A stretch of 50,477 nucleotides of DNA from a virus (IMGVR_UViG_3300003635_000004:1-50477), one strand, 5' to 3'; positions 28,982 through 38,370 are shown, counted from the first letter of the stretch. Translations and numbers: made by a program. Notes: generated from the sequence alone by a model not told the origin.

Positions 28982-29529
28982 CCCAAATACTCCCCCAGCT
29001 TCTTCGAGTTCGACCCTCGCTCACGCACGTCTCCGAACGGCGTCTCTTCGACGGGGCGGATGATCGCGATGGTGTCGTAGGGACTGCCTCGTTCGCCCGC
29101 GAACAGGTCGTCGAACCACTCGCGGTCGACGTCGATGCGCTCCTCGGTGAACCTGAGGACGTCGTCCGCCTCGTCGTGGTAGGGCTGTATCTTCATGCCG
29201 CGCAGTTCGTCGTCGACAACACGGACGAACGGCCGGCTCCCGACGAACAGGTGGACGAGATTGGCGACGAGACTCCCGCGGCTCGCCTCAAGGACGTTCC
29301 ACAGCGTGTCGGCATCCTCGACTTCCCAGTAGGCGCCGGCGACGCGGTTGTATCGCTCCTGCCAGCAGTCCTGGCAGAGCGGGTCAACACCGGGGCGACG
29401 CGTAAAGCCGTCCTGCTCGGGGCCCCAGTCGCCGTAGACGTGCAGATGAGAGTGTCCCTCGCGCTCGCGCCCGCAGTGGACGCACTCGCTGGGATCCTCC
29501 GGCCAGCCGTCGATACCATCGTCACTCAT
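28978..29529 (-). CDS. Hypothetical protein with N-terminal zinc finger
   Basis: CVHC...CQDC. Confidence 0.65.
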   Translation of the reverse strand: MSDDGIDGWPEDPSECVHCGREREGHSHLHVYGDWGPEQDGFTRRPGVDPLCQDCWQERYNRVAGAYWEVEDADTLWNVLEASRGSLVANLVHLFVGSRPFVRVVDDELRGMKIQPYHDEADDVLRFTEERIDVDREWFDDLFAGERGSPYDTIAIIRPVEETPFGDVRERGSNSKKLGEYLG

Positions 29530-29671
29530 CGTCGCCCTCCGCCCTACGGGCGTATTTCAGCGTCCCATGCTGTGGACAGAGAAACTGGCCGAACTTCGGC
29601 AGTGCGCTGCGACCGCAGATTGCACACGGCCCCATGTCGTCCCCCGACTCCGGTTTGGGATGGTCACTCAT
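29522..29671 (-). CDS. Zinc-finger microprotein (49 aa)
   Basis: Hand translation MSDHPKPESGDDMGPCAICGRSALPKFGQFLCPQHGTLKYARRAEGDDE; overlaps both neighbours. Confidence 0.6.
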   Translation of the reverse strand: MSDHPKPESGDDMGPCAICGRSALPKFGQFLCPQHGTLKYARRAEGDDE

Positions 29672-30245
29672 CGCTGAACGCCCCCAGTGACTGATTCGCC
29701 TCGCGCCGGCGCTCCTGCTTCCGCTGTTCCCGTTCGTCGTCAGAGAGCCGCCCCGACTGCCAGCTCAGGTCCGCGGCGATCTCCGCTGCCGCGTCACCGG
29801 CTGCGTACCTCGCCAGCACTTCGCCGACCGTCGCCCAGAGCTCATCGTCGCTTGGATCGGTGCGCGAGAACACGGTCTCACCGCCGATGGAAAACTCGTG
29901 TTCGAGGATTACTGGGCCGTTTGGGGAGTCCTCGACGATGTCGTTGATGAGGAACGCCCGCTCGCCGCGGTGCTCTTCGATGGCATCGTAGTCCGGTTCG
30001 AGGGCGTCGTAGACGTCGTCGGTCGTGGCGTGTCCTTCACCGATATCGGGGAATCGATACCAGCCGACAGCATCGCCCTCTGGTTCGTCGAGGACCCAGT
30101 CGGCGGGACACGGGTACGGTTGCGGACCGCGGTAGCGCGTCCAGTCGTGTTCGGCCGCCCAGTCCGCTTCGGGGGCGTCCCAGCGGTTGATCGTGCCGAG
30201 GCGGTGCTGTTCCTTCTGGTCGGTGTTGGTGTCGTCACTCGGCAT
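29664..30245 (-). CDS. Hypothetical protein with C-terminal PIP-like motif
   Basis: Acidic ORF ending EANQSLGAFSDE. Confidence 0.65.
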   Translation of the reverse strand: MPSDDTNTDQKEQHRLGTINRWDAPEADWAAEHDWTRYRGPQPYPCPADWVLDEPEGDAVGWYRFPDIGEGHATTDDVYDALEPDYDAIEEHRGERAFLINDIVEDSPNGPVILEHEFSIGGETVFSRTDPSDDELWATVGEVLARYAAGDAAAEIAADLSWQSGRLSDDEREQRKQERRREANQSLGAFSDE

Positions 30246-30534
30246 CGTTGCCCCTCCGAAGTAGCGGCTTACCCCGGAATGCGAGGATGCGCGTCAGTCC
30301 CTCGTCCGAGAACCAGTCCCACGTGTACCGCACCGTTTGCATCCCATTGGCCTCTTCCGGCGCGGGGTAGCGCCACGGCGTGATCGTCGGCGGCGACGGA
30401 TGGATCGGCGCGTAGTCGAGGTCGACGCCGTCGTAGCCCGCTCGGATCGCCCCGCGGATCGCGCGCTTGATGCGACGTTGTTCGGCTTCGAAAGCCTCGT
30501 CGATAACGTCCGTGCGGATGCTCTCACTCGTCAT
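30235..30534 (-). CDS. Hypothetical protein
   Basis: Operon chain. Confidence 0.55.
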   Translation of the reverse strand: MTSESIRTDVIDEAFEAEQRRIKRAIRGAIRAGYDGVDLDYAPIHPSPPTITPWRYPAPEEANGMQTVRYTWDWFSDEGLTRILAFRGKPLLRRGNDAE

Positions 30535-30808
30535 CGTCGATCACCTCAAACTCGACATTCTCGGTCCCTTGGTCCCGCATGATCCGGTCGCCGCTGGTTC
30601 CGTTCGGATCGAGATGGAATTCGGCCTCGTCGGCATATACTCCGACAGCGAGGAGGTCTTCGAGCCGAAGGACGCCCGGAACATCGTTCGTCTCTATCAC
30701 TTCTCTGTCCGGGCCGACATCCAGGACGCTAGCTGCTTGCTCCTCGCCGTTGGCGTCAAGGTAAACGACGAGGGCACCTGCCCCGATCCGCACGTGTTCA
30801 CTCTGCAT
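30524..30808 (-). CDS. Hypothetical protein
   Basis: Acidic, operon chain. Confidence 0.6.
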   Translation of the reverse strand: MQSEHVRIGAGALVVYLDANGEEQAASVLDVGPDREVIETNDVPGVLRLEDLLAVGVYADEAEFHLDPNGTSGDRIMRDQGTENVEFEVIDDDE

Positions 30809-31106
30809 CAGCCATCGCCTCCAGTGTCTCCCGCATCTTCGACAGCGGTTCGTCCGCCGAGTCGTAGACAGTGCTGCCCATCACGACCGCCCGGTAACCC
30901 TGCTTCGGCGCGATCCCCATCGACCACTTCTGATCGGCACTGCGCTCGCGGCGCCACTCCGTCGGGACCGCGTCCAGCTGCTCTTCGATGTACGTTTCGA
31001 GGTAGCGTTTGGCCTCGTCGGGATCCGAGAAGTAGTTGATCGCTCGGTCGCTGCGCGCGAAGTCGCGGTTCACGATTCGCGTTCGGTAGACGTACTCGTC
31101 AGTCAC
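30798..31106 (-). CDS. Hypothetical protein
   Basis: Operon chain. Confidence 0.6.
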   Translation of the reverse strand: MTDEYVYRTRIVNRDFARSDRAINYFSDPDEAKRYLETYIEEQLDAVPTEWRRERSADQKWSMGIAPKQGYRAVVMGSTVYDSADEPLSKMRETLEAMADAE

Positions 31107-31251
31107 TGTTATTCCTCCTGTTCGCTTTCTTCATTCGGCGGACCGCTGCAGCCGCATCGTTGCAGTCGTCGCAGTAGACCTCGCCATCATCCGTCCGAAA
31201 CCCGTTCACGTCGACAGTAACTACCTTCCCGCAGCCATCACAGATCGCCAT
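31099..31251 (-). CDS. Zinc-finger microprotein (50 aa)
   Basis: MAICDGCGK...YCDDC. Confidence 0.6.
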   Translation of the reverse strand: MAICDGCGKVVTVDVNGFRTDDGEVYCDDCNDAAAAVRRMKKANRRNNSD

Positions 31252-31708
31252 CGATACACCCCCGCGCCCAGCAGCGTGAACTGCAGAAGGGCGTCTCTTG
31301 GTCGTCGTCCTCGGCGTCGTAGACGGCGCTGCGTTGTCGGATCGGATCACCGCAACACGCGCACGTCAGCCGATGCTCGACGAACTCCGGCTCGTCGACG
31401 TCAGCAACGCGAAGCCCGACTTCGGGCGCGACTGTCTTGATGAACTTCCGCATCTCCTCGTTCGAGAGCTGTAGAAGCGCGCGCCCTCGGCCACCGAACT
31501 CGAAGTCCATCGAGATCTCGGTCTTCGTGCCGAAAAACCGAGCGTCGACCTCGACTGGCGGGTCGTGATCGTACTCGACTCGGTGTTCGTGATCGACTTG
31601 GCGGCCACCCGCCTCGATACTTACGTAGCCTCGCTCGGCGTTGAGCGGCTTGTCGAAAAGATCGACACCTCGTGCGTGTGCGCCCGTTTCGAGACCTTGG
31701 TCAGCCAT
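31238..31708 (-). CDS. Hypothetical protein with C-terminal TRASH/treble-clef-like zinc finger
   Basis: CACCGDPI...FCSSRCW. Confidence 0.6.
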   Translation of the reverse strand: MADQGLETGAHARGVDLFDKPLNAERGYVSIEAGGRQVDHEHRVEYDHDPPVEVDARFFGTKTEISMDFEFGGRGRALLQLSNEEMRKFIKTVAPEVGLRVADVDEPEFVEHRLTCACCGDPIRQRSAVYDAEDDDQETPFCSSRCWARGCIDGDL

Positions 31709-32066
31709 TACTGCGCTCCCAATCTGTCTCTGGTGCGTTCTCGCCGATGCGCTGATACAGCTCTCCCAACTCGGCGGCTTCGCTGTCCATCCCGACAGAC
31801 TCGCAGTACTCGACTGCTGTGGCGATGCCATTTAGGACGTCTTCAAGCGCCGGTGTCGGTTCGCCGCGCGGATCATCAACGAGTTCCCAGAGGCCACGGG
31901 CCAGCTTTTCGACATGGCCATGTTCGCCTAGGCGCTTGAGACGCTGGTTGATATACGACGAATCCTCTCCGAGTTGCTCGCTGAGGTAGCCAGGGGACGC
32001 CCGGTCGTCTGCAAGCTCGTCGAGAATTCGCTGATCCAGGTCGTTCAGCTGTCGTGGTTCCAGCAT
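31701..32066 (-). CDS. wHTH transcriptional regulator (PhiH1 repressor-like), copy 1
   Basis: LNDLDQRILDELADDRASPGYLSEQLGEDSSYINQRLKRLGEHGHVEKLARGLWEL; start could be further upstream. Confidence 0.8.
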   Translation of the reverse strand: MLEPRQLNDLDQRILDELADDRASPGYLSEQLGEDSSYINQRLKRLGEHGHVEKLARGLWELVDDPRGEPTPALEDVLNGIATAVEYCESVGMDSEAAELGELYQRIGENAPETDWERSNG

Positions 32067-32094
32067 TAAGTGCTGATCTATGCTCACGGCACTT

Positions 32095-32170
32095 ACTTCC
32101 TTTTCAAAGCTCAAATAACCAGCGGTAAGTAAAAGCTAAGCAACTAAGCTAAAGTTAGTATTAAGTGGGT
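32095..32170. promoter_or_regulatory. Divergent promoter/operator region 1
   Basis: AT-rich island with repeated (C)TAAG and TATTAAGT TATA-like box at 32159-32166. Confidence 0.65.
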
Positions 32171-32191
32171 GGCGGATAGAGATGTACGTGT

Positions 32192-32247
32192 GAAGCGGGA
32201 CGCCTCGGAGAATCTGAGGCCGGTGCTTGCGACACCGACCCCGCTTC
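32192..32247 (+). ncRNA. Structured 5' leader RNA (three-way junction), copy 1
   Basis: P1 GAAGCGGG/CCCGCTTC, P2 GCCTCGGA/TCTGAGGC, P3 CGGTG/CACCG; begins about 25 nt after TATA. Confidence 0.6.
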
Positions 32248-32261
32248 CCAGGAAGGAAGCA

Positions 32262-32638
32262 ATGGCGACTATCACCACGAGCCGGCATGAACGTGCCGGC
32301 ATCGACGAACTGACGACGACGCCGCCGAGCGCGTCGACGACGTCCGCTATCTCGACGTGGGCGACCGCGTCCGACTGAACGACCGCGCGAAGCCCCTCAC
32401 CGTGACGGGCACCGATACTCGCACGCGGGAGACGGTCGTTGCGGGGCGCAAGGTCACCCAGCACGGCGTCGAACTCGAGGGCGACTGGGACGGCGCGCAG
32501 ACCTACGTCGTGTACAACCGCGTCGACGGCTGGCGCGGTGTCGAACTGGCGGAACAGCGCTGTCTCGAGGACGGCCCGACCGGCGAGATCACGCTGGAGC
32601 TCGTCGCGATGGCCGACAGCGAGTGGAGGGCCGAGTGA
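32262..32638 (+). CDS. Hypothetical protein, frameshifted near 32313 in this sequence
   Basis: MATITTSRHERAGIDEL then -1 frame DDAAERVDDVRYLDVGDRVRLNDRAKPLTV... Confidence 0.55.
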
Positions 32639-32730
32639 TGTTCGCGTCGGACCACGACGACGCGACGTTCTGCCCGGACTGTGCGCGCTACCGCGTCGCC
32701 TGCCGCCATCAGGACGGTGAGGACCGATGA
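32638..32730 (+). CDS. Zinc-finger microprotein (30 aa)
   Basis: MFASDHDDATFCPDCARYRVACRHQDGEDR; TGATG and ATGA overlaps. Confidence 0.5.
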   Translation: MFASDHDDATFCPDCARYRVACRHQDGEDR

Positions 32731-33047
32731 GTACGACCCGACCGATGGCGACTGCCAACGACCTCCCGCAGACGCATGTGCGGGCGCTCACGGAGCCGAT
32801 GGCGATCAACCAGGACGATCCCGACGCCTGGGGAGAGCATGAAGTCGCGGTCTACAGCGAAGATCGCCAGTACTTGGTGAACATCGAGATCGGCCACTGT
32901 GGCTGCCCGGACGTACAGTATCGGCGTCGTGAGTGCAAGCATATCGTCCGATGCAAGTACGCCCTCGGGGAGTACGACCTCCCCGAGTGGGTACAGGCGG
33001 ATCGTCTTGACGACCAACTGCGACGCCGGCTGGAGGATAATTCATGA
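32727..33047 (+). CDS. SWIM zinc-finger protein
   Basis: YLVN..CGCPD..CKHI motif. Confidence 0.8.
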   Translation: MSTTRPMATANDLPQTHVRALTEPMAINQDDPDAWGEHEVAVYSEDRQYLVNIEIGHCGCPDVQYRRRECKHIVRCKYALGEYDLPEWVQADRLDDQLRRRLEDNS

Positions 33048-33625
33048 GCGACGACACCACGACGGAAGACAGTACTGACACGCTGACGCTGATCGCCCGC
33101 GGCCCGGCCGTAATCGAGCGCGAGCGGGACGAGGGCGCCCTGTCGGTGACGGTCACCGAAGACGTCGACCTGGAGGCCACGCTCGACGTCGATCCCGACT
33201 GGATCGAGAGGCACGGTGCCGTCCGCAAGGATACCGCCCTCCTGTTGCAGAGCGATATCGCGGAACTGGTCGTCGACACACTGTCTTCGGAGGACGCGAA
33301 CAACCCGAACTACCGCGCCGGCAACGAGCGTCACAGCGAGTGGACGCTCACGCTCACCGGTCGCGTCGACGACTGGATCAACGTGGCCGTTCGGCTCGCC
33401 CAGAACCAGATCTCTGTGGGGCCGGACGCGAGGATCATCACGTCGGCCTGCCACATCATCGATGACCTCGCGGAGTTCTCTCCGGATGATAGGCCGCGTC
33501 TCGCGATGCTCGATCTCGTCGAACAGTACGACGTGAGCGACTACACGCGGGGGTGGCTTCTCGACGAGCTGTCCGGCGACGACAATCGCGACACCGGCGT
33601 CGAGGAGGTGACTGCCGATGCCTGA
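33044..33625 (+). CDS. Hypothetical acidic protein
   Basis: Operon chain with SD motif. Confidence 0.65.
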   Translation: MSDDTTTEDSTDTLTLIARGPAVIERERDEGALSVTVTEDVDLEATLDVDPDWIERHGAVRKDTALLLQSDIAELVVDTLSSEDANNPNYRAGNERHSEWTLTLTGRVDDWINVAVRLAQNQISVGPDARIITSACHIIDDLAEFSPDDRPRLAMLDLVEQYDVSDYTRGWLLDELSGDDNRDTGVEEVTADA

Positions 33626-34313
33626 GCAGGAGCCTGCACCCATCGACTTCGAGACGGGTGTGCAGTACGCTCTGCAGCAGGCGAACGATCCCGACTCCCA
33701 CACGGAACTCGACGCCCACACGTTCCACCCGAGCCAGATCGCGCGCTGCCAGCGCCGCGCCTACTGCAGCAAGCTCGGGCTTGAGGACCAGTCGGACATC
33801 CTCGGCATCTTCCAGACGGGGACGCTTATCCACGAGTTCCTCGAGGAGCACATGGCCGAGCAGTTCCCCCACGCCGAGTTCGAGACGCCGATCACGCACG
33901 CCGAGCGCGGCGTCCAGTTCACCGGCCGCGCGGACTGCTACGATCCCGAGACGGGTTCCGTCTACGACTTCAAGACGCGGAACGGCTGGTACAACTTCGA
34001 CCCGCCAACGCAACGCCATCTCGATCAGGTGTACATCTACATGGCCGCCCTCGGTGCGGACAAGGGGCAGATCGTCTACCTCTCAAAGGGCGACCTAGAG
34101 GTGCGGACCTATCCCGAAGAGGGCTTCTTCGAGTTCGACGCCGAGCGGTTCGGCACGCTCGTCGAGAAGGCTAGTCGGATCAAGCACGCTATCGAGACCG
34201 AAGGACTGCCCAGCGGGCCGGATGACATCCCGTTCGAGACGTGTGACTGCTACTTCTGCAGTCAGGAGACGCTCGTCGACGCCGACGCGTTCCCAGGTGA
34301 TCGCGATGCGTGA
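33618..34313 (+). CDS. Solo Cas4-like PD-(D/E)XK exonuclease
   Basis: PSQIARCQRR, GTLIH, GRAD, YDFKT, QVYIY, C-terminal CDCYFC (1+3 Cys Fe-S pattern). Confidence 0.85.
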   Translation: MPEQEPAPIDFETGVQYALQQANDPDSHTELDAHTFHPSQIARCQRRAYCSKLGLEDQSDILGIFQTGTLIHEFLEEHMAEQFPHAEFETPITHAERGVQFTGRADCYDPETGSVYDFKTRNGWYNFDPPTQRHLDQVYIYMAALGADKGQIVYLSKGDLEVRTYPEEGFFEFDAERFGTLVEKASRIKHAIETEGLPSGPDDIPFETCDCYFCSQETLVDADAFPGDRDA

Positions 34314-34644
34314 CCGCCTCGAAGTCACGTTCCTCGAAACGCAGTCGAACGAACGGCGCCGGCGCGTTCTCGAAACGCGGGATACCGACACGGGGACCTA
34401 CGACTACGTCGAAGGGTTCTGGAACGGCTGTACATGGGCTCCTCGCGGTCACGAGATCGTCACCGACCTGGAGATCGAGGGGACCCTGCCCGGCACCGCG
34501 ATGCTCGCCGCGCCCGACGGCGGCACCAGTCTGCAGGCGATCCGCGACCAGCTCGAACAGGCACTCGAGGACGAGACGGACACGCGCTTTCACGTTCGGC
34601 AGGCGCTGCAGTTGGTTGAGGCAGCTGAGGAGGATAGCCGATGA
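34306..34644 (+). CDS. Hypothetical protein
   Basis: SD GGTGA; ends RFHVRQALQL. Confidence 0.6.
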   Translation: MRDRLEVTFLETQSNERRRRVLETRDTDTGTYDYVEGFWNGCTWAPRGHEIVTDLEIEGTLPGTAMLAAPDGGTSLQAIRDQLEQALEDETDTRFHVRQALQLVEAAEEDSR

Positions 34645-34775
34645 CCGCGACAGCGACCTGTCCGAACGGCTGCTGGGAAGTCTCTCTCCCCAAGACAGCA
34701 ACGGAAGCAATGGTTCAGATGATGACGTGCCCCGACTGCGAGACCCGTCTTGAAGCCACGGAGGACGGCCGATGA
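34641..34775 (+). CDS. Zinc-ribbon microprotein (44 aa)
   Basis: MTATATCPNGCWEV...TCPDCETRLEATEDGR; ATGA overlaps at both ends. Confidence 0.6.
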   Translation: MTATATCPNGCWEVSLPKTATEAMVQMMTCPDCETRLEATEDGR

Positions 34776-35173
34776 ACAAGCGCCAGCGCCAGGAGTTCGA
34801 CGATCGGAAGCGCCTTCAGGACGCCGGGTGGAAGGTTCGGCAGCGCGACGCTGTCGCATTCAATAGCGGTAGTGAGAACCCGACCCACTACCTCTGTAAG
34901 GCACTCGTCGCGCAGGTGCTGAAAGCGCGTGGCTTCCGCATCGACACCGAGGTCGCAAAGGAGAGCGCGGGCGAGATCGATGTCGTCGCCTACGGGAAAG
35001 ATGATGCTCCCACGGTGATCGAGGTGGAAACCGACCCGACCGAGGCGGTCATCCAGGACAAGCTCACGCGCTACTACGAGGACGAGCCGTTTCGCGAGGT
35101 GTTTGTCATCGACCCCACGGAGATGCCCGAATCGCTTTTCGAGGCACGCAACTGGGTGAGTGAGCAGCTATGA
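34772..35173 (+). CDS. PD-(D/E)XK nuclease-like protein
   Basis: THYLCK..GFRIDTEV..EIDVVAY..VIEVET. Confidence 0.65.
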   Translation: MNKRQRQEFDDRKRLQDAGWKVRQRDAVAFNSGSENPTHYLCKALVAQVLKARGFRIDTEVAKESAGEIDVVAYGKDDAPTVIEVETDPTEAVIQDKLTRYYEDEPFREVFVIDPTEMPESLFEARNWVSEQL

Positions 35174-35358
35174 GCGGCGATGTGCTCCCTCACGAGATTC
35201 GAGCCATCTTCGCGGGCTGTCTGATCGGCTTTGCGATCGTGTGCGCCCGAAACTACCTCACCCGAGGTGGCGCCGGCATTCTTCTGGTAGGTGTCGTCAG
35301 CCTACTCGTCGGTACCGCAATCGCGACCCACGTCACGACGGAGGTGCGGGCGCTATGA
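35170..35358 (+). CDS. Small two-TM membrane protein
   Basis: Two hydrophobic segments; ATGA overlaps. Confidence 0.55.
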   Translation: MSGDVLPHEIRAIFAGCLIGFAIVCARNYLTRGGAGILLVGVVSLLVGTAIATHVTTEVRAL

Positions 35359-35840
35359 AGGTCGGCTTCAAGGAACTCCCCAACATCCCGGTCGAGAAGA
35401 TGGCGGTCATCGAGGCCGAGGAGTTCGAAATCGGCGCGTGTGTCGGCTACCGCTGCCAGCTGTGTGGCGAAGCCGATGAGACGCTCCGCCAGCTGTTCCA
35501 CAAGTCTGACTGCGATCTCGCGGGGGTGCACGGCCGACGGTTCTTCGGAGACGACGCGAATCTCGGCTCCTCGAGCGATGGCCGACTCTCCGCGGAACCC
35601 GATCCGGACAACCCGCTGTGGCTCGTCGTGAGTGGCGAAACGGATCGCGCGGACGACGTCTACAACGGGGAGGTCGTCGGGATCCTCTGCCGTTGCGGGA
35701 ATCTCGACGATGATGCCTTCGATATCGTCCACGACGAGAACTGTGAGCTTGCCGACGAACACAGCGATCTGGGGACGACCGACGTCGAGGACCTGCAGGG
35801 CATCGACGAGGCGGTCGCGGACGGCGGTCAGGCAGGGTAG
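35355..35840 (+). CDS. Hypothetical protein with two Cys/His repeats
   Basis: CQLCG..HKSDC and CRCG..HDENC. Confidence 0.65.
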   Translation: MKVGFKELPNIPVEKMAVIEAEEFEIGACVGYRCQLCGEADETLRQLFHKSDCDLAGVHGRRFFGDDANLGSSSDGRLSAEPDPDNPLWLVVSGETDRADDVYNGEVVGILCRCGNLDDDAFDIVHDENCELADEHSDLGTTDVEDLQGIDEAVADGGQAG

Positions 35841-35974
35841 CCCACCCAAACGCTTTCGTTCTTGCATATCGACCTGTCACGTGCCCGCGGGGAAGGCACG
35901 CAGTACTCCGGGCACCTAGAGCTCCACTCGCATTCTCTCACTTCGGCGCTCACAGAGAAAGATGCTGGATTCGT

Positions 35975-36017
35975 GTTACCCCACGAATCCGAATCGGCGT
36001 CTGAATTGTGGGGTAAC
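35975..36017. repeat. GTTACCCCAC-N23-GTGGGGTAAC inverted repeat, copy 1
   Basis: Direct reading; TTTCCGGAACC box follows at 36034. Confidence 0.9.
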
Positions 36018-36203
36018 TCACAACCCCACTCACTTTCCGGAACCGACCTCCCATCGTTTCCAATACTCCACACGCAGATGTTCCAGAATAGTGGGCGATT
36101 ACTTTTCTGCGTTCACGGTCGAAAGCCACTGGCTCGCCGGCGAGCCACTCCACGCAGGCGCGGTTCGGAGAAGGGGGTGCCTCCCGCGCCTGTTTTCGCA
36201 CCC

Positions 36204-36246
36204 GTTACCCCACCCGTTCGACTCCGATCCCCACTCGTGGGGTAAC
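36204..36246. repeat. GTTACCCCAC-N23-GTGGGGTAAC inverted repeat, copy 2
   Basis: Direct reading; TTTCCGGAACCCCCC at 36269 and TTTATG at 36292 upstream of orc1. Confidence 0.9.
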
Positions 36247-36321
36247 GATACTTCCCCGAAGCCCGCCCTTTCCGGAACCCCCCTCCCATCGTTTATGTTC
36301 CTCCCCGGACCACTCCGGAAT

Positions 36322-37356
36322 GTGATACTCGACCGGCAAGTCCTCGATCCCACTGTCGTGCCAGATCAGGAGCTGATCGTCCATCGCGGGCGAGAGCTCG
36401 AGGACTGCCGAGCCGCGCTCGATTTGCTCGCTGACGCACCAACGAATTCTTGCCTCGTCATTCACGGCCCGCCAGGCACGGGCAAGACGATGATCGCTCG
36501 CGAAGTACTGCGACGCCTCCGCCAGCAGAACACGCTCCGAACAGCCTACGTCGACTGTTGGGAGCACTATACCGCCAACCACGCCCTGTACGAAGTCGCA
36601 GACGCGCTCAACGCCGGCGGCATCATCCACCGCAATTCAACGCCGACACAGGAACTGACTGCGGCGCTGCAAGCCCATCCAGAGCAGCGACGAGTGGCCG
36701 TCCTCGACGAGGCCGAGATGATCATCGACGCGTCTGTGTTCCGGACGCTTCGCGACGCGCCCAAACTGGATATCGTCTGCATCGTCAACGACACGGGCGA
36801 GCTTATTGAGGAGCATCCTGACGATGTCCGCGCGGCACTCGATCTCGCGACTTCGCTGCACTTCGGTCAGTACTCTGTCCAGCAGTTGATCGCGATTCTC
36901 TCCGCTCGCGCCGAGCATGGGATTCGGGATGGCGTGGTTCGCAAGCGGGCGATCGAACGCTTCGCCGAGGCCGCTGGCGGCGACGCCCGGCTCGGGATCG
37001 CGGCACTTCGAGCTGCTGCCGAGTCAGCTGTGGAGGCCTCGCGTGACGTGATCTATCCGCAGCATGTCGAGCCCCCTGTCACGAACGCCGCACGGCGATT
37101 ACACCGGCAGACGCTGGACCGGCTTTCAGAGCACCAGGAGCAATTGTATCAGCTGATCGTCGATGCCGACGAGATCGAGCCGGGCGAGTTGTACGCTCGG
37201 TATGCCGACTCAGTCGCGGACCCGAAATCTGAGCGGACGGTGCGGACCTACCTGACGAAGATGGCTCACTACGGCCTCGTTACTGTTGAGGGCGCGAGTC
37301 GAGACCGGCGTTACACTCTGGACCGCGGGGGGTATGTCGATCCGGGCGTGGTGTGA
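36322..37356 (+). CDS. orc1/cdc6: Orc1/Cdc6 family AAA+ ATPase
   Basis: VLDPTVVP..HRGREL, Walker A GPPGTGKT, Walker B VLDEAE, GGDARLGI, C-terminal wHTH; GTG start 30 nt after TATA-like box. Confidence 0.92.
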   Translation: MILDRQVLDPTVVPDQELIVHRGRELEDCRAALDLLADAPTNSCLVIHGPPGTGKTMIAREVLRRLRQQNTLRTAYVDCWEHYTANHALYEVADALNAGGIIHRNSTPTQELTAALQAHPEQRRVAVLDEAEMIIDASVFRTLRDAPKLDIVCIVNDTGELIEEHPDDVRAALDLATSLHFGQYSVQQLIAILSARAEHGIRDGVVRKRAIERFAEAAGGDARLGIAALRAAAESAVEASRDVIYPQHVEPPVTNAARRLHRQTLDRLSEHQEQLYQLIVDADEIEPGELYARYADSVADPKSERTVRTYLTKMAHYGLVTVEGASRDRRYTLDRGGYVDPGVV

Positions 37357-38313
37357 TTAGCTACTTGACGGGGAGTACGTGTCCACAGTCTCGTCGTTTA
37401 TGATATATCGGAGTTCCATGTCCCCTGCGTTGATTGCTTGAACCTGAGACTGCGTGAGATCCGATGCCGTCGCGATTCGCCATAATACCTGCCGCTCGCT
37501 ATTTGCACGAACGGTTATCTCTTCCTCGTGGGTTGCGGCCACCTCGCCATCAATAACCAACTCAACACGCATCGTGTTCGTGATCTCGCTATCAGTCGGG
37601 TTCGTGACAGTCGCATCAGTAGAAATCGTGTTTGATGTCGCGTCCATGCCACCATCAACTTCGAGCTGTGGCTCGGCGGTGAGCAGTTCTGGACCGACAA
37701 CCACCCCAGCAGCGATCACGCCGACCACCACGATCCCTGCTGCGACATAGCGCAACGGCAGATTGATACCACCGCCCGAAGGCGCTGCGCCCCCTCCACC
37801 GAGATAAACCCCACCGAGGCCAGTGAGACCGGTCGGGAGTGCCACGGCAATAATTGGGATGATGTACTCTCCAATAGGCAAGCCACCAGAGGAGCCACCA
37901 TTTGTCGTGGTCTGGCCCGCGGCGTCGGTGGCGGCGCTGCTGCCACCACCTGCACCGCCACCAGCGACAGCTGCGACCGCGATACTCAGCGCCAGGACGA
38001 CGACGAGGATCATCACGAAGTAGCCAGCGACTGAGCCGAGTACGCCGGCGAGATATGACTCCGAGGTGCGTCCCATGCCATCACCAGTTCGAAGCCCGGA
38101 GATCAAGCCGATAATGGGGCCGAGCAAGAACGCCACCGTAAGAATCACCAGCACAAGAAGCCCGCTGAAGATGGCGCTTCCGGAACTCAGTTGCGTCATC
38201 GCGACACCACCAGTTGCCCCGATCCCGACGCCCGCAAGAGCGAATATCCCGACTACCTGACCGATAGTACTGAGTGGAACGCCAGACCCATCTGCCGTTT
38301 CGGAACCCGACAT
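37357..38313 (-). CDS. Multi-pass membrane protein with C-terminal extracellular Ig/CARDB-like domain (cargo)
   Basis: About five hydrophobic segments, DATVTNPTD beta domain; own TATA-like CTTTATCA; lower GC. Confidence 0.75.
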   Translation of the reverse strand: MSGSETADGSGVPLSTIGQVVGIFALAGVGIGATGGVAMTQLSSGSAIFSGLLVLVILTVAFLLGPIIGLISGLRTGDGMGRTSESYLAGVLGSVAGYFVMILVVVLALSIAVAAVAGGGAGGGSSAATDAAGQTTTNGGSSGGLPIGEYIIPIIAVALPTGLTGLGGVYLGGGGAAPSGGGINLPLRYVAAGIVVVGVIAAGVVVGPELLTAEPQLEVDGGMDATSNTISTDATVTNPTDSEITNTMRVELVIDGEVAATHEEEITVRANSERQVLWRIATASDLTQSQVQAINAGDMELRYIINDETVDTYSPSSS

Positions 38314-38370
38314 GGCTTGAGTGTCAAATGTGAGACTGATAAAGGCTTGCCCGTAAAGCCACGCTCTGAA

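Noticed and set aside
35975-36246. Mini-CRISPR array: copy 1 contains ACCCCACGA and CGTCTGAA, pieces of the haloarchaeal type I-B repeat as I recall it, and a Cas4-like gene is nearby
   Set aside because: Spacing between the pieces is wrong, other copies lack the second piece, and the units are inverted pairs at irregular distances rather than direct repeats with 30-40 nt spacers
35962-36321. 120-aa N-terminal extension of Orc1 in the ORF track
   Set aside because: Pro/His-rich, runs through the repeat and promoter region; family-typical start is GTG 36322
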